From Paramecium tetraurelia (lineage: Eukaryota), in assembly GCA_000165425.1 (NCBI GenBank), contig CT868207.1, positions 62,001-126,000 on the forward strand: a DNA stretch of 64,000 bases, in the 5' to 3' direction. The number at the start of each line of letters is the position of its first letter. The stretch's first letter is position 1. Below the pieces are notes generated by a model. It did not search any database. It had not been told where the DNA came from and saw only the letters and a list, made by a program, of their open reading frames with translations. Below, in pieces: positions 38,401 through 52,729 of the stretch. The position numbers and the translations under genes are program-made.

Positions 38401-41400
38401 AAGAGTTCAATTACATTGCTTTTTCATAAGAGTTAATTTGCTTTAAAGTCAAAACGAATAATTAATCCCTTATTTTTAATACATGAAGATCAAATGTTGA
38501 CACTATGCTATGAAGGATATTTAAAATGATTTTTGATAAATGCCCTATATTTTACTTTTAATAAAATCGTTCAATCAATATTAGTTTCTAGATTAAATCA
38601 AAGATTTATAGATGGATTATCAATTTATTTTTACCCCTATTTAATTATAATTACTCCTCTAGATCTTCCAAAAATTCAATATTATTGAAAACATAGTGTA
38701 ATGTAATCAATATTTCTTCTAGATATAAATAAATGTATGAAATCAAATATTTATATCTGATTGGATTGACTATTGTAACTTGATTAAAGAATGAGAGACT
38801 TTGACTAGATTTTAATTCAATAATGCATTCTAGGTCATCTAAAATTGTAATGAAATCAACTTAAATAAATTATGTAACTACGTCCCTTCCCTAACAATAA
38901 TAGAGCCTATTTGTGTAAGCTCTTAAATATCTTTTCAACGGCCATACTTACTAGGACAAAGATAATAATTTAATTAGATCTGGAAATGTGTGAATCTTTC
39001 GACATTTTTTTTGATTAACCTTATGTTACTCTTCTACTAATTGACTGAAAAGACCAAAAAATGTATACATATATGTAATTTCTGGACTTATATCAAATTG
39101 AATCTAATCCTTATTTAATCTTGAGTATTCTAATTAGTATTAATTGATGTAATAGGAGACTTGATCTTCAGTTAGTATTAAATTTTCAATAATTGGCTCA
39201 GAAGATTATGATGTGACATCACTAAAACTTTATTCAGAGTTTTGAGTTGCCATAATGTCAGAAGCTGCTAAATTTAAGCTTAGAATAAGATTTGCATATG
39301 AATTTTCTTATAAGTTTTATAAGGTTAAAGTTTGATTCTGCGGAATGTATGATGAATTGAAAATTAAAATGATTCTCAAGAAATCCAATAATTTTGATTT
39401 GTAGTAATTACTCAGAGGTTAACTATCACATTATTTGAGAACCATTTGTAAGACGTTTGGAATCTCTCTTTAACTATATATTAATGGTTTATTATTGGCA
39501 AATAATGCTTTCAAGAAATCGATCATTCCAATGTTATATTATAAATGAGGGTACATGGATTCTTTATATTTGGACAAGGCTATTTTATTTTCCATGTGAT
39601 TCCAAATTATTAATGTTAGATAATCATAACAAGCATGCAGTAATTTCCAATAAATTTCAGATAAAGAAGGAACAAATATTTTGATAAAGTTTAGAATTGG
39701 AATGTGCAATTCTTAGGCTATTAACAAAGATTGATGAAGTCTATAATTAAGTTCCCTTTCATGATAAATGATTCTAGATCTATTGTCAGGATAGTAATCT
39801 TCATAATTCAAAGAGACTTATTACTTACTTTTGTCAAAATCTTTTTTTAAATACTTATTAAGCCTCTATAAATTTTAAATGAGACCTGCCTTCTAAGCTT
39901 CTTATTGATTCAGATTCCAAATGATATTTTGTTTTTGAAATGTTGGACTATTTTCATTATACATTTCTATGAAGTAGGAGTCTGTCAAAATGTCAAATTT
40001 ATTGAAAATAAGAGAGCTCAATTCAGATAATTCTAGTGTTTTTCCAGAAACCACTATGATGATTTTTTCAAAATTTGAAATCAGTTCTTTTCTTTGTCCA
40101 TAAGCCCTTTTCAAAATTTCAATCGAATATTTAGGCAATAGAGGATTTTCATAGAATGACAATTCAGCAAATATCAATTCGAAAAACTCAACGTCAGCCA
40201 AAGTTCTTTTTTGTAATAGTAATTTAAATTTTGAAATCCAGTTTTAAGGGTCATAAAATATTTTTTCTTCCTCTGTAGATTTCTTTTTTAATTTATCAGC
40301 AATTGATTTAGCATTTGGTTTTGAACTTTCACTAGTAAACAAAGCCTTAATTTTGGTATTCGATTTGATGTTTCTACTACTTCCTTATTGCTATTATTCA
40401 ATATTTTCTATAATCTTTAACTCAATCAATAGAGTTTTTAACAGTTTGGCTGCTTCAAACACTCTTAAATTAGCTTCAAAATCAAATATCTTTTGAATAA
40501 TTTCACAAGCCAATTACTTACATGAAATCTTAACACTATTTGATTCTGATAATCTTGTTGCTTTGAGTTTGTGATCAATAAAACTTTGTACATAAGTACC
40601 CTATTAACTCGATAACATAGAATTTTCTTTCTCGCTTCCAAAAGAGAATTCATTTATGCTACTGCAAATTTGATACATGTAATTTAAAATCTGTTCTATT
40701 TGATCCAAATTTACATAAAATCCAAAATCTAATTGGCATCCAATTATTTTCAATATTTCTTAAAGAGTTCTTTGAAATTCAATGTTTTTCCACAAGTTCT
40801 TATTCTTCTCCAACTGTACTAAAACAAATACATTCAACTCTTATAAGGGATGATTAGCATCAATGACATCTGCAAATTGAGGGTATTCATCATCTAATGC
40901 TGAAAATATCTGGACTCTTTTGATTCTCTTAACTTTTTCAAATGGAACATTATCTATGTAGGCATATCTGATTAATTTTAATATTGGTCTCATAATGCTA
41001 AACCTGGAGTTCTTTTCTGCTTCTACAAGAATTTTCAATAACACTTATAAAGGGAAATTATCATCCACATATTTTTTTGCTTATTTATTCCTCTTCATAC
41101 AAATGTCACCTAATAAATCAAAATAACTTTGAAAATAATTCCATTATTAAAAGGAATCAACTTTTTGACTTTCTCTATAAAATTCTTCAAATGTCCTAAA
41201 TTTATTTGTTTTTTAGATTGGGCATAACACTTATAATTATTGTTGTTCATCAATTTTAAATTGAAAACAAAAATCTAATATTAATGCATAACTATACCAA
41301 ATCCAATTTTCAGAAAAAATTGTTATAAAACTAAGGACTGATTCTCTTTAACAGGCAAGCCGTTGGAAACACAAATTGAACTTAAAATTTTTAAGTATTT

Positions 41401-43524
41401 CTCATGAGGAACTTGAGATCCGATAATTTCGATGATCCTAATGACAAGGTTTTGATTTAAGAATTTTTTGATGGCCTAAACGTTATTATCCAATATTTCA
41501 GCTAAGAATCTTTGAATATAGGGTTCACTCACCATTATGTATTAATGAAGATACATTTCCATCCATTAGGAGGCGTAGGTTTTGTTAGCATTATTATTTT
41601 AAATTAACTTAGTAAGTAAGGAGTAAGTCTCTGAAAATAATGTTTTTATGAGTTATTTCTAATGCTTCCAAAATAAAAGCTTCTTTGTTCCTGATTTATA
41701 ACATAAGGAATATAAGATTTCAATCAATATTTCTATATAATACAATTCTTTCATTATTATTTATCTCCTGGAATTAACAAATGCATCTACTTCCTCGTCT
41801 TCTTCTTCATCAATTTCCAAATTAATGATGAATTTGCTTAAACCAGCTAATAATTTTTCTATCTGTTTAATTTATTCTAAATTAGCCATTGAAGCAAAAT
41901 ATTAATGATTGACTTTAAGTGCCCCAGAGAAATTAATCAAATATTCCAAAGCTGAAAATGCTTGAATAAGTTCAGTTTTATAATTGCAGTCAACTCTCTT
42001 AATAATAAAAGCATCTGTTGTTTTTTTACCCTTAAAAGCAGTTTTAAATAGATTCTCTTCTGTTTATGTATGCTTATTAAAAAACCCACCTAGAGAACTT
42101 ATGTCTTTAATTTGGCCAAAAGATTATTGAGTATGGTGTTAATTCAATTTAATTAAGGTTAACGTGTTGTCGTCATGAACTAAATTAACATACGAGCCAT
42201 CAATAAATTCTTAATCGTGATTATTAGCTAATTGCAAATCAATTGGAGTTCCTATTTCATCAATAAAGGCTTAAATGCAATCATCATCATCCAATCTTTC
42301 TGCACATTTGATTAGCTTTCCAGTCAAATAATGTCTAAGCAATATAGTCTAATAAATGTGCTTATTTCTTTTTTGCTATGTCAATTAGCCAACATAAGGA
42401 CCTGCTCCAGCTGCAACATTTGCAGATGTTCTTCCAGAAGATTAAAGAGCACCGGGTAGTCCAATTAAAGACAGCGGCAAAGATACCTTTGTTGCCAAAA
42501 CAGATGGAAGTCTAGTAATTATTGGTTTGGATTAGAATTAGGGAACTGTTTATTAGCATTTTTATTCATTCTTCTCCTAAGTGAATGTTATTTCCCATAA
42601 ACAATCTATAGGGACTTAAGTCTTTTGATCGATCTGTTTCAATGCTAATGAATTCTTTCTTAAATCTATGCAAAGATAGGAATTGTTTTGAGTAAAGTTG
42701 AAGACACATAGGTCTCTATCTTAAATTAAATTAGATGGTTGGATATATTCCTCATATGATTGATATTGATCTATTTTCCAACTGCTTGTTGAATTATGAC
42801 TTATTATTAATTCGTATCTATGCGATTCATTTGAAAGTCCCTTTAAATCGGGTCTTAAGTCAGACAAGGGAGGCTTGTGATCCAATTACACAGGAGCCTT
42901 TAAACTCTTTTCTAACCAAAATTTTGATGAATCTGAGAGTATTTTGACTTATTCTTTGGTTTAAATCGGCCTCCCTGTTTTTTAATGACTTTTACAAGCC
43001 TCTAATTTGAAGATGATGTTGCTTGATAAATAAGGTTGGAGTTTAATTTTGAATGAGTCACTTCTTTGATCACTGCATTCATCTGAGGACACTAAATAAT
43101 ACCCAGATTCAATGTGTTTAAAAATTGCTTCAGCTCTATTCTAAGATAATCTGATACCCAAAATATAGTTCTTCATTCATTTTGTTTTCAATCATCGCCA
43201 AAAATTATTCTTTTTCTGATTTTACTCTATATAACAATCCTTTATTTCTATTCCTTTCATAGAGTACAAATATTTACTTTGTTTTGTAATACTCATCGTG
43301 GATCTCAAAGCTCCCTCTTGGTAAAAGTTAAAATAGGCCTTCTCTGAAATTATTCAAATCATTCAGATCTTCGTAAGTTTGATAATACACTGCCTTGTCA
43401 AAGAATCTAATCTTAATTCCAAACTCTTTTACCCTTTGGCTGAAATGAATCCTTATCCCCCACTATCAGTTTTTCCCTGAATACGCACTATGGAGCCATA
43501 TTTTAAATTTTATTATGGTTTCAT
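35405..43524 (-). CDS. IP3 receptor / ryanodine receptor-type Ca2+ release channel (~2,700 aa)
   Basis: N-terminus LKYGSIVRIQG...GFISAKGF, MIR-like FKHIESGYYL, RIH-like FFRVMQLFCENNN, TM block, and S6 [32 protein letters not shown]...EHTHQLHYMWNYIFY. Confidence 0.93.
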
Positions 43525-43859
43525 TCAAAATTACTATAATAATTATAATATTCTGTCAAAAATTCAATCAAATATATCTGTACTAATGTCTACATACCTA
43601 ACGTTGATACTAAATAGTTGTACTTCCCCTCTATTGATAATTTGTAAAACATAAAATTCTTAAGAATATCCATTAAATTTAATTTAATTGTAGAATACTC
43701 AATATTTCAAGAAATGATACATAATTGATTATTCTATCGAAACCTATAAAATTAATTCTGTGATTTTGGAAGGCCCAATTGATTATCTTAATATTTCAAG
43801 ATTGTGGGAAATAGAAGAAATTATACATTTTATATCTTATTAAGAAGTATTTTCAAATA

Positions 43860-44990
43860 ATATTATACAAAGCATTTATTTTAATGAATATGCTAATGAA
43901 CAATTATCTAAGAATTTCAAGAAACTAAAAACTAAGAACTTAAATAACAAGATTTAGTTGGAACTCATGAGAACTGGGTTGAGGATGCAAAAAAAATTCT
44001 CGATAATTTAGACTTATTCACTCGAAAGTAGTTTTTATTCGCAAAATTAATATACGAGATGAAAAATATTTAAATTTAAAGATGGATAGAATTCAATAGA
44101 TTAAAATGGATATATTTAATATCTGTATTAAAATTAAGATCGCCATTGCATTAACGTAGTATTAAATATAGACACTGTTGATATCAATTAAAAATAAGAT
44201 TAAAGTTAATAGAGTGAATATTTATATGGAAAAGCTTAGAACCTAATTTAGAGGAGTAGATATGAGAATATTGAAGGCTCATCATAAGAGTAATATTAAT
44301 TTACTAAGTAAGGTGTAACAAATGATCATTGCATTAATGGTTTGAATAGTTCAGCAAATTAGAATACAAAAATTAAATTATTTGATTAAATTTGAATATA
44401 AATAAAGTAATAAGATCAGTGTAAATAACTTGATAACATTCATGGAGATGCCATAAAATAATAAAGCCATTGGAACACATTAATAGGACAATATTTACGG
44501 GTACTTACTATAAAAATAAGATATAAATGGAAAGTTCAATTATTCTTACTTTATAATTGGAGAATTTTCTATATTCATCTTAATTATGTTGAATCATTCA
44601 TAGTTTATATAAAAATACTATACGTAACTTATCTCGCAAGAAAAGTATAAACTAAAATTAAATTTAGAATAAATATTATATAGCCTAAGGAAGAGAAGGA
44701 AGTAGAATCTTTGGTTTCTGTCTTTATATAGGAAATAACGAAGGTTGGAGAATATTTAGTATAGAATATATATCAGGCCAGAAAACATAAATAAAATAAG
44801 AAAAGAGTGTTGGCTGTAACTTCTGTTTTATTTTGAAGAATAATTGATATTATCATCTTATAAAATTATATCTAAATTAATCTCAAGGAGGATAATAAAA
44901 GGTTTCCAGGATAGGAATCAGTAGATAGACATCCGAGTCTACTTGAAATTTTACTGGTGAGTGTTAGATGTATTTATTTAACTATCATAA
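43860..44990 (+). pseudogene. Probable decayed gene relic
   Basis: Protein-like stretches (QDLVGTHENWVEDAKKILDNLDLF; a ~130-codon open run at 44442-44837) broken by TGA stops and frame changes that tiny introns do not explain. Confidence 0.3.
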
Positions 44991-45008
44991 AATTAATAAA
45001 TAAAAATT

Positions 45009-45671
45009 ATGTACGAAAATGATAATACAGATACTGCAGACAGTCATTATAAAGTAAATAATGAATAAATAAAGAATGAGGAATTGATAGAAGAGTTACA
45101 AAAGTATTGGCGATTAGTGATAAATCATATGGGATAGGACTACTAGCATCTATTAAAATTGTCGAGCGATTCTGATGCACTAGAATTAGTTTAATCACTG
45201 ATGATTTTGGAAGATATACGATATAATGATTAGAAAGTTCCATAAAATCATGATTTGGAAAACGAAATAATGCAATTTAGACAATAAATTACAAACCAAA
45301 AAAATGAATTGGAATCTAAAACTAAACTCATAAATGAGTTATTATAAAAGCAAACTCAATTACATGAGTAAAATTAAGAAATGCTCTTGTAGTTGATAAA
45401 AAAAGAAGAAGAAAATTCCAGTAAAATAGCTCAACTTCAAAAAGAAATAAAAAGCAATAACAGAATATAGCATAGGATTCCATCACAATTATCATCTGCT
45501 CGTCTACCCAATTAACAGTATAGTTAATCACTGAAAAGTTCTCCATAGCCAAGAGAATTCAGATAACTAAGCAATTATTACTCAACTAAGTTAAGTAAGT
45601 TAATAAAAGTTTCGGGAACTCATAATAATAACAATACAATCAAAAATAATAGCAATATCGTTTATTAGTGA
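45009..45671 (+). CDS. Coiled-coil hypothetical protein (220 aa)
   Basis: Intron-free 663-nt ORF, MYENDNTDTADSHY...LENEIMQFRQQITNQKNELESK...NIVYQ-TGA. Confidence 0.7.
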
Positions 45672-45745
45672 AGAAATGCTTTGATTGCTATAAATTTTTT
45701 CTTCTGATAAATTAATTGTCTCATATGAATTACAAAACTAATGAA

Positions 45746-46534
45746 TCAATCTAATTTAATATTTTTAAAATCTCCTTTCTTAGTTGGCATTTCAGATGGT
45801 CTAGCCTCAATGTTTTCAGTAGGAGGTCTGATCCCCTAGAATATTATAAAATCAAAACACTACCTTATTAGATTACTTGGTCCCAATGGCAGTTTTCTTG
45901 TTATTAAATTCTCTCCATTTATTAACTCTATCATCTCTAGTCTTTTCCCACTCCTCCTCAGTCAATACTTTATACTATTCCAACATTTTCCTTCTTTCAT
46001 ACTCATCTAATTTGTATCTCTTTTATGATGATTCTAATCTCATAAGATGTTATTTTCTGTCTTCTATTTCACTAAATAGATTCTTGCATTATTTTTAAAA
46101 ATCACTCTCGAAAGTATCAGCTTAAAATTAAAATTCAAAATTCTACGTGGCAAAGGAGCAACTCCAGTTTTTTCTCTTCTCTTGTTTTCTCTAAGTCTTT
46201 CGAATTCAGTTTTCTCCCTGGCTTCCCTCATAATTCTAATGTAAACCTTCCTCTTCTCAGACTCCATCAATGTTTTGTATGCTTAATCAACTATTTACCA
46301 ACAGTCTTTAGCCCTAGGATCTTGACATTTGTCTGGATGTAATAATTTTGAGAAAGAGTTGAACATTTTCTTGATATCTTCATCTGTAGCTTCCATTCCC
46401 AAATACAATACATCGAAAGGGTTATAGAATGTTTCTGATGATAGTCTCTCCAATTCCTCATCAACCTTTAAAACCTTCTTAAGAATTGGCTAAAATGGAT
46501 TTTTTAGCGCATGGTTGATTTCTTATTATTACAT
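45746..46534 (-). CDS. DNAJC8: DnaJ subfamily C member 8 (SPF31)-like J-domain protein
   Basis: ERLSSETFYNPFDVLYLG...IKKMFNSFSKLLHPDKC, with C-terminal EEEWEKTRDDRVNKWREF and IRPP motif. Two tiny introns. Confidence 0.88.
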
Positions 46535-46559
46535 AAATTATAAATAAATTATTTAACGG

Positions 46560-49500
46560 ATGATTTCTTTTATGGTAATGTCCAACATGCTATCAGAACA
46601 ATTAAAAACTCAATACAAGAGTAAATCAGTCTATTGGAGACAGGAAAAAGAAAAACTACTGCAAACTTTTCAGCCAAGGCAAAATAACTCATAATCTTAA
46701 TAAAGATCAAGAACTAGCGAAAGAAAAAGCATTATACGTAACTTAGTAGATTCACTCTATAATCAAGGAACTCCTGAAAAGAACAAATCAATTTATTATC
46801 AATTCTAGTCCCAAATAACCTAATAAAAGTAACAGTAATAATGTTAAAGTTCTGCCAAAAAATAACATACTGATGAATTGACTTTGTCTACTATTATCAA
46901 TAAATATTAAAGATAAGTTGAAAATTGTAATTAAAAATAAGTAGTATACGATCCAATTGCTGAATAAATCATAGAATCATTTTAAGAACTCAAAAATAGG
47001 TCTGTCAAAAAGTCAGAAATGCAAAAATGCCAATCCGAATAGAAAATTATTGAAAATAGTGCACACAAATAGAATATATTCAGTAGAATTAATCAAATTA
47101 GAGAATTTATTGATTAACAATTGGGAACTAATGCTGATGAATCTAATAAAGATATTAAATATGAAAGTTAGTATCAATCAGATGTTGATTAAAGTTCAGG
47201 TAATTTGAGAAACAAATCAGTTGAATTTAGGCAGTTCTTGGATTAGAGAGTCAGTGTTGGAAGAGATTCTACAAACAATAGATTGAATCACAGAATTAAT
47301 AGGCTTCGTTCTATAAGAAGTTGTTAAACATTGGATGTTGGAATTTAAGTTTCATTGTAGGATGAAAATTTAATGCAATTAAATTCCTAAAGATAAAAAT
47401 AACAATAAGAAAGTTATTAATAATTTAATGATTAGAATAATTCATAATAAAATTATTAATAATAAAAAACAGATAGAACCAACAATTCAAGAAGAAATAA
47501 TTAAGAATAATACGAGGTTTAAAATACATAATAACAAACTTCCCCTTAATAATCACACAATCCATATTATTAGGTGGAATAATCAGTTACATCAGAATAT
47601 TAATTACCCTTATAATAAATGTTGCAACAACAATATTAAAATGAGGATTCAATATAAAAATCTAAGAATTCAGGAAGAATGAGTAGAAGAAGTGAATTCC
47701 TATAAAAAGCTAGATATTCAACAAATGTTAATGATGAGAATAAGGAGAGATTCTCTGTTAACATCGAAGAAATCAAGAAAGAAAGGTTTTCAGAAAATGA
47801 AAGATTCTCCGTAACCTCAAATGAAATTAATGGTAAGGATGGAATCTTGGCCAATTTAGATTTTAACAAAGAAAGATTTTCAGTAAGATCAAACGAATAA
47901 AATGTTTAAAATAAGGTTAGAAATTCAATTCAATCCAATTTTGAGGAAGATTTTAAGGACAAGTTAATATTGAAATTGAATAAGGAGGATGTGGCACTTC
48001 CAATTTAACCCAGATGTACAAATAAGGAAAATGTTGGAGAACCTTCTACATAAATATCCAAGATAAATAAAAATGACTAAGAGTAAAAATTAGGAGAAAG
48101 GGCTGAGAATAAGTTAAATACTATAGAAATTCCAAAGATTATTCAAGCATTAAATTTTGATAATATTGAGTTGAGTAAACCTTGTAATGGAACTCAAATT
48201 TCAGTAGATACAAATAGATTCCAACTAGAAATCTAGCAGATTATGGAAAAACAGAATGAAACTTAAGATGTCTAATTGAAATAAAATGAGCTCATAAATA
48301 TTTAACAAGATTTTGCTTTGACTACCAATAGATCTTAGTTGTCAGTTCCAATTACAGAACCAACTTATATTCAATTGAATAATTAGATCAATACAAATTT
48401 TATAAGGGTTGAAGAAGAGATTGAAGCAGGCTAACCAGATATTAGGATAATTGAAAATGCTACTGGAATTACAGAATGTAATTTATAATATTCAGAAGAT
48501 ACAGCAAACTTAAGAATTCCAACTTAGATTAGTAATAATGAAGAAGTCAAATTTAAACCAGATTCTTATGTAACCTGTGATATTTAATTCTAATAAATTA
48601 AACAGGATTATCAATAGTTAAATTAATTATAATCAACCTAATCAAATTAGATGAATTAATCATCATTTGAGTAATGGCTATCATAAACTGATTAAAACAA
48701 GAGAATATTTAATTTTAATTGTTAATCATAATATTTTTAAAAAGAGAAGTGTGATCATAGTACATAAATTAACAAAAGTGAATCTGATTCAGATGAAGAA
48801 ATTCAGTTCATCAAGAAAAAATAATAGAAATGTCAATTTAATTAAGGAGTTACATTGTTAGTTAGAAAAATCACATCCATTTTAAAAATTAGACAGATCA
48901 AATCCTTTTATGAAATTAAAGAGTATTCTTTACATCAATCTCAATAATAATAACAATAATAGTTACAATAATTCAAATCCTCTTTACACACTTATCAATC
49001 TCCAATTGAGTCGCAATACTCGTCTTAGTTTTATTCATAACAATAATCACTGACATCTCTTCCCATGCCTTCAGTGTAGACTTAGTTTGATTTCGCTCCT
49101 TTAGTAACCAAAGAATAGGCACCTTAAGCAACCAAAGAATAGGCAGCTTAAGAGAAAATATCAAATCTATTGAAAACTATAATTGAAGAAACAGGCTCAG
49201 ATACATTAAGAATGTTGAAGAACAAATCTAATTTATCTCCAGTTGCAAAGACTTCAGAAAAAAAAAGATTAAATAGCAGAAACAATTCGAGATTAAGGAT
49301 TTCCAAAAAATGTTCAACAGCCTCAATACTAACATCAATGTAATCTCCAGTCTAAGAGATAAATGATAGGATAAAGGTCAATTTTATTTAAGAAATGGGA
49401 TTGGAATCACCAACCTAAAAACATACTGAGCATGCGGAATTACATGATTGCAGTAAATATTGATCATTTTATCTTAGGTCCGATAGCTGAGCCTATGGAA

Positions 49501-51447
49501 TTTTAGGATGTGTCAGTTTTGATGAAATAAAGGAGAGAAATGAAGTAAATTGCTGACTCCAATAATGGGAGCAACATCATAAATAATAGTTACAATGATT
49601 AGAGACATTGCTAAATTTTGTCTCATCATATTGCAATTCAAAAAGCAAAGATTGCCAAAAAGTTTCAGCAAATTCATTATAAAACAGCTGGGCAATAGTA
49701 ATTTAGAAAAGAAAATTATTAAATTTGATTATCAATAAATTTTATATAAATGAGATAAAAATTATAACTTAAAGGAGACACTTCACTTTCTCAATCAGCA
49801 ATATAAAGAAGAAATTCAAATCAAAGATACAAGTCTCCAATACAAGGAAGAAAATTATTTTTAAGTCATGTGATTTAGACTCCATTAAGTTAATAATATG
49901 GATAGACTCAGCAATAATAATAATAACATCAACAGAACCAAATTATATAGGGAAGATCACATAGTTAATCTAATGTAGTATTTCAGGATGAAATTCCTTA
50001 GAAATGGCCAATAATACAATTGCCATTCCTTAAGAATACAGAGCCAACCATATTCTTTTAGTACCCTCCAGTTTGTGAGGATAAAAGACCATTAGTGAAT
50101 GCAAGACCTATGACAGAGGAGGAAATCAAGAAATATTCATTAACATGCAAAGTGTTGGGGTCTGCTCCATATAAATGCGTATTAACCTCATTTGATTGGG
50201 CAGGCTTTAAAAGAATAGATGAAGATGACGAAGATGAAGAATGGAATGTATAATGGGGAATTGGCAACAAAACAACTTTGAGAAATATGAATAGATTTTA
50301 AAAAATAAATCACTTCCCTGGATGTTGGAATATGGGTAGAAAAGATTTATTGTGGTTAAATTTAAGTAAATTCAAAAGAAAATACTCTAAAGAATATAAT
50401 TTTATTCCAAATACATATTTATTGTAATATGATTACGATAGATTTATTATGGCCTAAGAATCTGCATAGAAGGATACATTGTGGATTAAAAAGCCTTGTG
50501 CAGATTCTAGAGGGAGAGGTATTACAATGGTGAGCAAAAAGTCAAAGGTTAAGAGAGACAAAAACTTTTTAATTATGGATTACATTTATAATCCTCATTT
50601 AATTAACGGATTTAAATATGATCTACGAGTCTATGTCTTAATATCATGTTTTGATCCTTTGAGAGTGTATATGTATAAGGACGGACTCGTAAGATTTGCC
50701 ACTCAGAAATATTCTACAAATTCAAAGGATCTAACCAAGAGATATATTCATTTGACCAATTTTGCTGTGAATAAATTATCACCCAACTTTGTAAAGAATT
50801 AAAATTCTTAAAAGGATGATGAAGGATCAAAATGGTCTCATCATGCCTATCGAAAAAAACTGGATGAGTTAGGAGTGGATTCAAGGGAATTGTTTAATAG
50901 AATTAAAGATGTAGTACTAAAAACGTGTATTGCAACAGAACCATTTATGTTGGATAGTAATGCCAAGTCTCAAGAACACAGAAATGGGTATTTTGAATTA
51001 TATGGATTCGACGTGCTCATTGATGAAAATCTCAAACCTTGGGTGTTGGAGGTCAATGTGTCGCCATCTCTGAATTCCAGTTCACCTCTAGATAAAAAGA
51101 TCAAGACTTCTTTAATTTCAGATGTCTTGCATCTTGTTGGAGTACCACTTTGGGATAAAAAGAACTACAAAATTTCATCCCCTCCCAAGTACAATCAGAG
51201 GAATATTAAGGAAATCCCAAATATCAACACGTCCAATTGCTTAAACAAACTGTCGTAGAATGATTTCAATATGCTCATTCAAACTGTGGAAGAAGTTAAA
51301 AGAAGAGGGAAGAACTTTTCATGTATATTTCCGAACCCTAAAACTATTCACTAATATATGGATCTATTTGAATTTCCTAGATATAATAATAAACTGGTCG
51401 AACGCTTTTATTAAGACAGATGTAATTGGTTGTCTAGATTTAATTGA
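46560..51447 (+). CDS. Tubulin-tyrosine ligase-like protein (TTLL4/5-type glutamylase) with a long low-complexity N-terminus
   Basis: QKINHFPGCWNMGRKDLLW, WIKKPCADSRGRGI, KYDLRVYV, GLVRFAT, HLTNFAVNK, FELYGFDVLID, WVLEVNVSPSL. One 25-nt intron at 49453-49477. Alternative in-frame ATGs at 46572, 46578 and 46587. Confidence 0.9.
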
Positions 51448-51491
51448 TTATAATATGAAATTCATTTGTTATCTATTGAATTAATATATTA

Positions 51492-52641
51492 TCAAGTTAA
51501 AAACACTCGAACACATTCGCTTATTTTAAATGTCTGTTTTGTCACTAGACAATGCACCTATCCATTCTATTATTCGCTCATCTGCAACAATGACTTCTAA
51601 CTATAAACTTGATTATTAGGCAACATCATAGGTGGGTTATTTTCATCCATCAATTCTCCTGATATTCTGCAGATCCAAGTCGATCCCAACTTCTGTGTGG
51701 TCAACAAATCCTTTGATAACTCTTGCATTTATTTGTTACAAATAGGACATCTGTTCACTTATTGATAATCAGGTTAATCACAATACTAGGTTTTTAATGT
51801 TGTGATTCCGCACTTTACAAAGCTTAATAAAGGGGATTCCTTTGGAAAACAGTACACATCGTATAGCTCTTATTTAAATTGTCTAATCAACAGTTCCCAT
51901 CGTTTGTCATCGAAGTATTATTAGTATTGAGGAGGCATAGTGTTTTATTTTATAAATAACAAACATCCCATGCATTTTTGTATGCTCTCTTGATTCATGT
52001 AAATTTGATAATCTCTTATGTAATTCAGAGCCATAGTAGGATCCTGTTTCAAATATTCGATATACTATTAGAATACCAAATCATTTTAAAACGAACTATT
52101 CAGTTTTTTTAATTTACTAGAATTCTATTAATACCATTTGAAGGCATTTTTGATAGATCTATTTTTCAAATCTTTAATTATTGTATTAGCCTCTAGAATT
52201 ATTTCTTGCTCAAAACTTGTTAGATTCTTTTTATAATACTTTTTATAATACTTGTATTTAATAGGATTATATCAATTTTTATGCTGTTTTGAAATAGCCT
52301 TCTCTTAATAGATTGTCGATTAGTGATCGTTGTAACTTTAATTCATTTCCACATTCTTCACATTTTAATCTTTAAAGATAAGATTCCACATATTGTTTTT
52401 CATGTTCCTAATTTTCATGCAATGCCTTCTGAATTGCACGAATTCTTTCGATTACCAAGTCAGCCTTCTCTGAAGAATTAATGTGAGCAATTTAACTTAA
52501 AGTGATTGTGAGATCATGCTCCAATTATTTTCTTGTGCTCTTAAATTCTAAAGCTTCATTAATATTCATACATTTAACAATGACTTCGAATGGTAACCTA
52601 ATATAAGAGTAATCAATAGATTATTCAATAGCTAATGACAT
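51492..52641 (-). CDS. MAEA: CTLH/GID E3 ligase subunit MAEA (Gid9/Fyv10)-like
   Basis: IDYSYIRLPFEVIVKQFKSTRKQLEHD N-terminus, LisH-like NRLIDNLLREGYF, CTLH EFKMILVFQQYIE, C-terminal STWICRISGELMDENNPPMMLPNNQVYS. Confidence 0.85.
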
Positions 52642-52729
52642 TTTATATTTTATTTAAATAACAATAAGATTATAAGATAAATTTAGTCATTGTTGTGTTT
52701 ATTATAATATTTAACATACATCCTGAATG

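Noticed and set aside
49104..49152. 24-nt direct repeat (ACCAAAGAATAGGCA.CTTAAG twice), plus ERFS repeats near 47745-47890
   Set aside because: These are short in-frame duplications in the low-complexity TTLL N-terminus, with no mobile-element hallmarks.
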